Notes under the pieces: model-generated
What the model saw: the letters and a program-made list of their open reading frames with translations, nothing else
What the model was told of the DNA's origin: nothing
Database searches by the model: none
Translations under genes and position numbers: made by a program
Origin: an uncultured Dehalococcoidales bacterium
GTDB lineage: Bacteria > Chloroflexota > Dehalococcoidia > Dehalococcoidales > BS750m-G39
Length of the DNA: 42,524 nt
Direction of reading: 5' to 3'
Assembly (NCBI GenBank): GCA_964396645.1
Contig: CAYNFV010000001.1
Span: 1-42,524 of the forward strand
In this document: positions 36,190 through 42,524 of the stretch, piece after piece
Layout of the letters: every line of letters begins with the position of its first letter
Position numbering within the stretch: the first letter of the stretch is position 1

Positions 36190-37212
36190 TTATAAAGCGC
36201 TCCTTCCCGGAATACCGAGCATCAGCACTTCCAGCACCAGCCGCGGATTAGCATTCTGCCTGAGCTGTTCCCCGGCTGCCTTAATACTATCAATAAAAAC
36301 CCTTATCTGGGGCAGGTTATAACCCCGGTCCATCTCAACCAGCTCCGCTTCATGGTCAATATTGGTTATGTTGCCAGCGGAGCCGAGTTTGACCAGGAGT
36401 AGGTCGCGCCACCAGTCGAGCCATAAATCCAGTACCTCCTGAACCGAACCCCGATTCTGGCTGAACTGAGCCGCTAGTTGAGCCGCGTAATCAAAACGCT
36501 GCTCATTATCGCCCCGGATAACCTCAAGCAGCCTCTCCATCAACTGAGCACGCCGCTTAAGCAGGCTATCATCATCCGCCGCCGTCAGCGCCCAGCCCAG
36601 ACGGCCGTGACAGAGCCGGGAGAGAAGCTCGGTCTTAGCCGAGTCCAGGTCGTGGCGTTCACTGAGGGCAGTCTCCACCTGGGAGGTGGGGAGGGGGCGC
36701 AGCTCCAATCGCTGACAGCGCGAAACCACGGTATCAGGCAGAAACGAGTCGTTAGCGGTCAGCAAGATGAATATTACTCCCTCCGACGGCTCTTCCAGCG
36801 TCTTGAGCAGGCAGTTAGCCGCTTCGTTGGACATTAGCTCGGCGCCGTCGATAATAAAAACCTTATGTTTGCCCTCAAAGGGGGGCAGGCTGGATGAATG
36901 CTGTATCTCACGGACCTGGTCAATGCTGATTTCTGTCCGCGGCTTATCGTTAGCATTGCCGTTGGAGCTCAAGCCGATAACCTGGACATCGGCGTGCTTG
37001 CCCGCAGCCACTTTCTGGCAGGGTTCGCATTCACCGCAGGGGGGCTGCGCCGCTTCACAGTTTAACGCCTTAGCCAGCTCCAGCGCCAGCGTCATCTTAC
37101 CCACGTGAGGGGGACCGACCAGCAGGTAAGCATGAGCCACCGACCCTAGCTCCAGGTTGCGCTGGAGCAGGGTGACCGCCCTTTCCTGACCAACTACCGG
37201 CCAAGCTGACAT
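36190..37212 (-). CDS. holB: DNA polymerase III subunit delta'
   Basis: HAYLLVGPPHVGKMTLALELAKALNC, a zinc-module CGECEPC, the SRC-like motif TVVSRCQRLEL, and a Walker-B-like KVFIIDGAELM. Confidence 0.85.
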   Translation of the reverse strand: MSAWPVVGQERAVTLLQRNLELGSVAHAYLLVGPPHVGKMTLALELAKALNCEAAQPPCGECEPCQKVAAGKHADVQVIGLSSNGNANDKPRTEISIDQVREIQHSSSLPPFEGKHKVFIIDGAELMSNEAANCLLKTLEEPSEGVIFILLTANDSFLPDTVVSRCQRLELRPLPTSQVETALSERHDLDSAKTELLSRLCHGRLGWALTAADDDSLLKRRAQLMERLLEVIRGDNEQRFDYAAQLAAQFSQNRGSVQEVLDLWLDWWRDLLLVKLGSAGNITNIDHEAELVEMDRGYNLPQIRVFIDSIKAAGEQLRQNANPRLVLEVLMLGIPGRSAL

Positions 37213-37217
37213 CAGCC

Positions 37218-37400
37218 CTAAGCCTTTCTGATTTTAGCTATATACCCAACGTTGATTATATCTCGACCCACTATAATATAGTCAGCACCTATCTCACCGA
37301 GTACACCTTTAATCTCACTAGCCAAAGCTACGCCGATGAGGACTTTTACTTTCTGCCCTATCCACTCCTGTGGTATAGCCGCCGTAAAACGTTTTTCCAT
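37218..37400 (-). CDS. Hypothetical 60-aa protein (possible Sm-like/beta-barrel fold)
   Basis: MEKRFTAAIPQEWIGQKVKVLIGVALASEIKGVLGEIGADYIIVGRDIINVGYIAKIRKA. SD aaggggga lies upstream, and the gene sits 5 nt upstream of holB and 27 nt downstream of lysA. The G.kVkV....ei.G.L.e...DyiiV pattern is reminiscent of Sm-like proteins, but that is only a guess. Confidence 0.45.
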   Translation of the reverse strand: MEKRFTAAIPQEWIGQKVKVLIGVALASEIKGVLGEIGADYIIVGRDIINVGYIAKIRKA

Positions 37401-37427
37401 ACCAGTCCCCCTTACCCTAAAGTCTCC

Positions 37428-38732
37428 TTAAACCAAATCAAGGCGGGTCAGGTCGTCAAAAGTCTGGCGTTTCCGAATGAGCCGCGCCTTGCCTTCCTTG
37501 ACCAGAACAATGGCCGGTTTAAGCGCGGCGTTATAGTTGCTTGCCAGCGGCAGGCAATAGGCACCGCAATCAGCCACCGCCAGAATATCGCCGGCAGCCA
37601 GCGGGGGCAGCATAACATCCCTGATGATTATATCCCCTGATTCACAGAACTTGCCGGCAATGGTGACCTTTTCCGTCTCCCTTTCTCTCATATTGTTAGC
37701 TACCACCGCCTCGTGCTTAGCCTGGTAGAGGGCGGGGCGGATGTTATCGGCCATGCCGCCGTCCACCGAGACGTAGCGCCTGACGCCGGGAATGTCCTTT
37801 ATAACCCCCACCGTATACAACGCCACCCCTGACCGCCCCACCACCGAACGCCCCGGCTCGACAGTAAGCCTTGGCTCTGCCAGCCCCAGCTTACTACAGC
37901 CGCTAATGACAGCTGAGGTCATCGCCTCAGCGTAGTCGGCGATGGCTGGGACAGGAGAATCCAGGGTATATTGAACAGCGAAGCCGCCGCCAACATCCAG
38001 CTCCTCCATCTCAAAGCCGTGCTTCTTTTTCATCTCGGCGGCAAAGCTGAGGATGATGTCTATCGCCTGCTGATAGGGCTCAAGCTCGGCAATCTGCGAG
38101 CCAATGTGAAAATGCAGCCCTCGCAGCTTAAGCTGGGTTGACAGGACAGTAACCAGCGCCTTCTCACCCTGAACCATGGGCACGCCGAACTTGCTGTCGA
38201 GATTACCGGTGATTATGTACTTATGGGTATGGGGGTCGACGCCGGGGGAAAGCCGCAGTAGTATATCGGGATTATTGCCGCGTTCGCCGGCGATTTCATT
38301 CAGCATAGCCAGCTCCTGGAAGTTGTCCACTACGATGCGCCCCACCCCCCACTCCAGCGCCAGCTTCAATTCTTCTGCCGACTTATTGTTGCCGGGGAAA
38401 TAGACCCTATCCATGGGGAAACCCGCCGAGCGGGCAACGCTCATTTCGCCCGCGGAGACCACGTCCAGCCCCAACCCTTCTTCATTTAAGAGCTTGGCCA
38501 GAGCCTTGTTGATAAAAGCCTTGGCCGAGTAGAGCACCGCGCTGTTGGCATAGCGCCGGCTAAACTCCTGCTTAAACTCGGCGCACCTGTTGCGTATGCC
38601 GAGCTCGTCAAAGACATAGAGCGGCGTGCCAAACTCGGCGGCTAAATTTACGCTATCGCAGCCGCCGATGAGCAGGTGTCCCTTATTATCAACCTCAGCC
38701 GTTGAGGGAAATAAAACCAGCTTTGATGTCAT
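37428..38732 (-). CDS. lysA: Diaminopimelate decarboxylase
   Basis: 434 aa. PLP-Lys context YSAKAF, HFHIGSQ, DVGGGF, and the CESGD motif of the Orn/DAP/Arg decarboxylase family 2. Confidence 0.9.
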   Translation of the reverse strand: MTSKLVLFPSTAEVDNKGHLLIGGCDSVNLAAEFGTPLYVFDELGIRNRCAEFKQEFSRRYANSAVLYSAKAFINKALAKLLNEEGLGLDVVSAGEMSVARSAGFPMDRVYFPGNNKSAEELKLALEWGVGRIVVDNFQELAMLNEIAGERGNNPDILLRLSPGVDPHTHKYIITGNLDSKFGVPMVQGEKALVTVLSTQLKLRGLHFHIGSQIAELEPYQQAIDIILSFAAEMKKKHGFEMEELDVGGGFAVQYTLDSPVPAIADYAEAMTSAVISGCSKLGLAEPRLTVEPGRSVVGRSGVALYTVGVIKDIPGVRRYVSVDGGMADNIRPALYQAKHEAVVANNMRERETEKVTIAGKFCESGDIIIRDVMLPPLAAGDILAVADCGAYCLPLASNYNAALKPAIVLVKEGKARLIRKRQTFDDLTRLDLV

Positions 38733-38787
38733 TTACCTCAATGTTAGCAGTGAGAGGGGGTTAAGTCAATTGGGAAGTATGGCTACT

Positions 38788-39067
38788 GTCATTGCGAGCG
38801 AAGCGAAGCAATCTCCACCCCACCCAAAGTCTTACTACCCACACCAGCCCGCCCACAAAGGTCCTTCAAAGGGGTCTTCGCCTCCTCTTCAACCCCCCAA
38901 TACCAATGTCATTCCCGTGAAGACGGGAATCCAGCCCCTTTGACTACTATCCTGGATCCCTGCCGGAGTTTACCCCGTACAGGACACGGGGCAGGGATGA
39001 CAAAATGGGGGTGGAGCGAGAAGTCTATAGAGGTTACACCTCTGTAGGGTGGGTATTGGGTGGGACA
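38788..39067. repeat. Intergenic mosaic repeat locus 3 (C inverted, partial A inverted, B inverted, B-long, D)
   Basis: Inverted C at 38788-38813 is gtcattgcgagcgaagcgaagcaatc. A partial inverted A lies at 38838-38860 (..ccagcccgccc..). Inverted B at 38908-38932 is gtcattcccgtgaagacgggaatcc. B-long at 38954-39012 is ggatccctgc[cggagtttaccccgtacaggacacgggg]cagggatgacaaaatggggg. D at 39018-39067 is gagaagtctatagaggttacacctctgtagggtgggtattgggtgggaca. Confidence 0.8.
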
Positions 39068-39080
39068 GAAAGACCTTCGC

Positions 39081-39118
39081 TAAACAAGAAACAAAAAGGG
39101 GGACACCTGCCCCCCTTT
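39081..39118 (-). terminator. Rho-independent terminator of the CoA-ligase gene
   Basis: An 8-bp stem, aaaggggg (39095-39102) pairing with cccccttt (39111-39118), encloses an 8-nt loop. On the minus strand it is followed by a T-rich run (tttttgtttcttgttt). It starts 6 nt after the ligase stop codon. Confidence 0.6.
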
Positions 39119-39123
39119 CACAG

Positions 39124-40692
39124 CTAATCTTCTTCTCTCAGCTTATAGCGCTGTATCTTACCCGTGGTCGTCTTGGGCAGCTTCTTAACAAACTCAATCC
39201 ACCTCGGGTACTTGTAGGGCGCTATGTTCTTCTTGACGAAGGCCTGAATATCCTTGGCCAGCTTCTCGGATGCGTGCTTACCTTTTTTAAGCACCACGAA
39301 CGCCTTGGGCTTAACCAGGTAATGCTCGTCTTTCTTAGCCACGACGGCGGCTTCCAGCACGGCGGGATGGGAAACCAGGGCGTCCTCGACCTCGATGGGG
39401 GAGACCCAGATACCACCGACCTTGAGCATATCATCGCTCCGGCCACGGTAATAGTAGTAGCCCTCGGCATCGCGACGGTATTTGTCGCCGGTGTTAAACC
39501 ACTCGCCCAGCATTGAGGTCTTAGTCTTCTCGGAATGGCGGTAATAATAGAGCGCCGTCGATTCGCCGTGCACCAGCAGGGTGCCGACTTCGCCGTCGGG
39601 CACTTCTTTGCCCTCATCATCAATAATCCTGGCCCGATAGCCGGGAACCAGCCTGCCCGAGCTGCCCGGTTTGACATCACCGGGACGGTTGGAGATAAAG
39701 ATGTGCAGTAGCTCGGTGGAGCCGATACCGTCCAGTATCTCCAGCCCAAACCTCTCCTTCCACTCGTTGAAGATTTCCGTGGGCAGGGCCTCACCGGCCG
39801 AGGTGCATATACGCAGCGAGGAGAGGTCGTATTTCTTTTCCTCGTCTTTCAGCTCCAGCATGTTGGCGTAGAGCGTGGGCACGCCGAAAAAGGCGGTGGG
39901 ACGATATTTGGTGATGGTGGAGAATATCGTCTCGGGGCGGGGGCGGTCGGGGAGCAAAACCACCGAGGCACCCAGGGCTAAGGGATAAAAGAAGCTGTTG
40001 CCCAGCCCGTAGGCGAAGAAGAACTTGGACGCCGAGAAGAGTTTATCCTCATGGGTAAGCCCCAAGACAGCCTTAGCGTAGTTATCGATGCAAAAGAAGA
40101 CATCGTGCTGCAGGTGGACGGCCGCCTTGGGAACGCCGGTGCTGCCCGAGGTGTAGTTCCAGAAAGCGGCGTCTTCAAAGGTAGTATAAGCCACATCGAG
40201 CTTATCGGAGCAGCGGCTGACGATGTCATCAAACGAGATATGATAAGCCCTGGTCTTCTCGCCGACGATGATGGTGTTTTCCAGGTAGAGAAACTTATCC
40301 CGGAAGCCCTCAATCGCCTCGATAAAATCGCTGTCGGCGATCAGGGTACGGGCGCGGCTGTTGTTGAGCAGGTAGCGGTAGTCGTGCATGGTGTACATAT
40401 AGTTTACCGGCATGGGAATGGCGCCGATTTTTATGGCGCCGAAGAAGCAGGCCATAGCCTCGGGGGAATCGTACATGACCAGCATTACCCGCTCCTCCAT
40501 ATGCACGCCCAGGATTTTAAGGGCGTTGCCCACCCTGTTTACCAGGCTCTGCATTTCGGCGTAGGTGTAGGTCTTGTCCTTGTAGTAGACCACCACCTTA
40601 TCCCCCAACCCCTTCTCCACCATCTCGTCGATGAGCTTGGTGGTGACGTTGTAGTACTGGGAGATAAAGCTTTGATATTTATATTTTTCCAT
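39124..40692 (-). CDS. AMP-dependent acyl-CoA ligase, benzoate-CoA ligase-like
   Basis: 522 aa. AMP-binding motif I is YTSGSTGVPKA. GEW(F)NTGD, the hinge DDMLKVGGIWVSP, and the C-terminal LPKTTTGKIQRYKLRE are also present. The overall pattern resembles the benzoate/4-hydroxybenzoate-CoA ligase subfamily. Confidence 0.8.
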   Translation of the reverse strand: MEKYKYQSFISQYYNVTTKLIDEMVEKGLGDKVVVYYKDKTYTYAEMQSLVNRVGNALKILGVHMEERVMLVMYDSPEAMACFFGAIKIGAIPMPVNYMYTMHDYRYLLNNSRARTLIADSDFIEAIEGFRDKFLYLENTIIVGEKTRAYHISFDDIVSRCSDKLDVAYTTFEDAAFWNYTSGSTGVPKAAVHLQHDVFFCIDNYAKAVLGLTHEDKLFSASKFFFAYGLGNSFFYPLALGASVVLLPDRPRPETIFSTITKYRPTAFFGVPTLYANMLELKDEEKKYDLSSLRICTSAGEALPTEIFNEWKERFGLEILDGIGSTELLHIFISNRPGDVKPGSSGRLVPGYRARIIDDEGKEVPDGEVGTLLVHGESTALYYYRHSEKTKTSMLGEWFNTGDKYRRDAEGYYYYRGRSDDMLKVGGIWVSPIEVEDALVSHPAVLEAAVVAKKDEHYLVKPKAFVVLKKGKHASEKLAKDIQAFVKKNIAPYKYPRWIEFVKKLPKTTTGKIQRYKLREED

Positions 40693-40778
40693 CTCAACAA
40701 CCAGTTTACAATAAAAGCCCCTTTTTTACAAAGCTGATAGAGCCACCCCCCGATTTTATCCATCCTACCCCACCTTGT

Positions 40779-41027
40779 TTAGCGTACGTGTTATTGTCCC
40801 ACCCTGCCTTCGCCGAAGCGCCTGCCCGCCGCACAAGGCTTTGGTAGGCGGGGCTGCGCGCAGGCAGGCCTGCCCACCCAACAGAAGTCTTTTTTAATGG
40901 GGGCTATGCCCTCCTTAAAACCCCCTTAAGGTGGGGGTGGGTGGCGTAACCCGCAAGTTAAGAAGTTTATCTTATTAGGGCGGGCTGGGTGGGTCCGAAA
41001 CAACGTACGCTTACAGAGTGGGGTGGG
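40779..41027. repeat. Intergenic mosaic repeat locus 4 (inverted module A with a doubly nested insert, plus a direct module A)
   Basis: The inverted A at 40779-40879 is tttagcgtacgtgttattgtccca|ccctgccttcgccgaagcg[cctgcccgccgcacaaggctttggtaggcggggct]gcgcgcaggcagg|cctgcccaccc. The direct A at 40957-41027 is gttaagaagtttatcttattagggcgggctgggtgggtccgaaacaacgtacgcttacagagtgggg. Confidence 0.75.
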
Positions 41028-41068
41028 TGGTGGGTGGGAAGAAGAACCTGCGCCTCCAATTCCTCAAT

Positions 41069-42349
41069 TTAGAGGACTACCCGCTGGGGCCAGGCCCCCT
41101 GAAGGCAGGCGTTCCACATGGTTTCCAGGTAGGCGTGGGTGTATTCCTTCTCAATAAGGTGGAAAATATAGGCCCCTCTCTCGGTGAGAGAGATAGCGTT
41201 GCCTTTCTGCTGGGTCATCCCCAGGAGTTTAATTAGAGAAAGGAGGAATCGGACTCGATAGGGGAGTCCCTGGCCGAAAATGGACCGGAAGGCGCTGGTA
41301 TCAATAACCGTGTCGTAGGCGCGCCAGAAGGACCAGTAGGCCATCTTGTCGCCGGCATCCAACTTGGTAGCCAGAGCCAGCGGCGAGCCTTCGGCTACGG
41401 CCTCGATATATTCGGCTACGGAAAAGGTGTTGAGTTTGAAATAGTCGCCTATCTTGGAGGTAGCGCTGGTACCGATGCCGACAAAAACATCTTTGGTAAC
41501 GGTTGTGTAGCGAATCGTATCCGGTTTGTTAAAGCTCCAGATTGAGCTCCTCTGGTAACCGGCTTCCTGCGCCTTCTTGGCTATTGCTTTCAGCATCTGC
41601 CTTTCTACCCACCAGGACGGCGTGTTTAGTTTAGCTTGGTGTAGCTGCTTCCTCAGCGGCGCGAAGGAGAAATAGAGCAGGGGATAGGTGGATATCTGGT
41701 CTGCTCCCAGCGCTATAGCGGTTGCGATGTCGGCTTCCACCTCCTGCTTATCTTGGGTGGGAATAGCGAATATCAAGTCGGCATCTACGGTGGCGAAGCC
41801 GGCCCCAAGAAGCCGTTCACAAGCCTGCCGGGCCAGCTTCCCGTCGTAGTCACGGCCGAGCAGGTCGAGAAGCCGGTCGTTAAAGCTTTGTATCCCCAGA
41901 CTTACCAGACTGACGCCGCTGTTTTTCAGTGAGTTGAGAAGAGCCGGCTGGGCATCTGCGGGGTGAACCTCAACGCCTACCTCACGGCCCAGGTGAAAAT
42001 TCCCGGCTATCCAGGACAGAGTCCTTTCCACTATCTTGGGCGTCATGGAGGGCGTGCCGCCGCCAAAGTATACCGATTCGACGTTAATATCGCCCCAAAA
42101 CTGGCGGTAGCTGTCCAGTTCTTTGAGAATAGCGTTCTGATAGGCGGCACTCAACTCCGGGTTATAAGGCTCTTTCATGTAGGGGCAGAAGGGGCAGAGC
42201 TGGCGGCAAAAGGGCAGGTGGATGTAGAGGTTAAGGCTTGCCGGCCTTGGTGGCAATATGACCGGCTGGCGCTCAAAGATGAAGTGGCCTTTTCGGCCTG
42301 GGAAAAGCAACCTCAGGATTCTGGGCAAAAGAGGTCTCACGCGGAGCAT
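41069..42349 (-). CDS. Radical SAM protein of the HemN/HemW (oxygen-independent coproporphyrinogen-III oxidase-like) family
   Basis: LYIHLPFCRQLCPFCPY (CxxxCxxC with the HemN-type YxHxPFC context), GGGTPS, and a C-terminal HemN_C-like region. The ORF track extends to 42493, which would overlap the divergent tsaD. ATG 42349 or GTG 42340 are the plausible starts. Confidence 0.8.
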   Translation of the reverse strand: MLRVRPLLPRILRLLFPGRKGHFIFERQPVILPPRPASLNLYIHLPFCRQLCPFCPYMKEPYNPELSAAYQNAILKELDSYRQFWGDINVESVYFGGGTPSMTPKIVERTLSWIAGNFHLGREVGVEVHPADAQPALLNSLKNSGVSLVSLGIQSFNDRLLDLLGRDYDGKLARQACERLLGAGFATVDADLIFAIPTQDKQEVEADIATAIALGADQISTYPLLYFSFAPLRKQLHQAKLNTPSWWVERQMLKAIAKKAQEAGYQRSSIWSFNKPDTIRYTTVTKDVFVGIGTSATSKIGDYFKLNTFSVAEYIEAVAEGSPLALATKLDAGDKMAYWSFWRAYDTVIDTSAFRSIFGQGLPYRVRFLLSLIKLLGMTQQKGNAISLTERGAYIFHLIEKEYTHAYLETMWNACLQGAWPQRVVL

Positions 42350-42396
42350 TATAACAGATATCCGTCGGTTCTGGCTCGGCTGTTTTACCCTGGCTG

Positions 42397-42405
42397 TGCT
42401 ATAAT
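42397..42405 (+). promoter_or_regulatory. Extended -10 element (TGcTATAAT) of tsaD, 8 nt upstream of the ATG
   Basis: tg at 42397-42398 and tataat at 42400-42405. ATG lies at 42414, with no room for a Shine-Dalgarno sequence. No good -35 is present, which is acceptable for extended -10 promoters. Confidence 0.45.
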
Positions 42406-42413
42406 GCAAGGGC

Positions 42414-42524
42414 ATGAAAATCTTAGCTATCGAGACCTCCTGCGATGAGACAGCGGCGGCGGTGGTGGCGGACGGCAGGAAAATGCTTTCCAACCAGATT
42501 GCCTCCCAGGTGGAAATCCACGCC
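42414..42524 (+). CDS. tsaD: tRNA N6-adenosine threonylcarbamoyltransferase TsaD, N-terminal fragment (continues beyond window)
   Basis: [37 protein letters not shown] is the hallmark Kae1/TsaD N-terminus ([11 protein letters not shown].aA). 37 codons are open to the window end. Confidence 0.85.
   Translation, partial: MKILAIETSCDETAAAVVADGRKMLSNQIASQVEIHA

Noticed and set aside
38733-39123. Lysine (L-box) riboswitch upstream of lysA.
   Set aside because: The 390-nt upstream region is fully accounted for by repeat modules C, A, B, B-long and D and by the ligase terminator. I see none of the conserved L-box core segments.

Overview
The window reads as a densely packed core-chromosome segment from a moderately GC-rich bacterium. 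Gene content points to a Chloroflexota-like lineage, but I cannot verify that here. That inference rests on Firmicute-type DnaD/DnaI loaders, an actinobacterial-type Ino1/PIP-synthase/PimA cluster, small zinc-ribbon proteins, frequent TTG/GTG starts and apparently leaderless genes. I call about 48 protein genes.

**Gene content**
- Translation and RNA: rpsU, rpsO-pnp, nusA-ylxR-infB-rbfA-truB, rplI, ftsY, mtaB, tsaD.
- Replication: recJ, dnaB, DnaD-like, DnaI-like, holB.
- Lysine pathway: dapB-asd-dapA and lysA.
- Lipid and envelope: fabF, plsX, lgt, and ino1 with a PimA-like GT4 and a CDP-alcohol phosphatidyltransferase.
- Others: purA, thioredoxin, two GNATs, an M20 hydrolase, a benzoate-CoA-ligase-like enzyme, a HemN-like radical SAM protein, a BadF/HgdC-type ATPase, and a DEAH helicase with a DUF1998-type C-terminus.

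I found no rRNA, tRNA, CRISPR array, transposase or integrase.

**Most unusual signals**
1. A mosaic family of hairpin-forming intergenic repeat modules sits at four loci. Copies are nested inside one another, and two of the loci bracket a single ligase gene.
2. A tightly coupled operon runs Zn-ribbon, DUF503, DUF1998-helicase, ftsY, lgt. A paralogous Zn-ribbon gene lies next to rpsU.
3. A BadF/HgdC-type activase has no dehydratase or reductase partner and carries an extra Cys cluster.
4. A promoter plus intrinsic terminator lies in the nusA leader.
5. Three genes have a consensus -10 element only 7-8 nt from the start codon, suggesting leaderless mRNAs.
6. A 46-codon zinc-ribbon ORF is missing from the ORF track.
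7. L9 has a lysine-rich tail and NusA an acidic/proline-rich tail.

All functional calls rest on motif recognition by eye. No database search was run.
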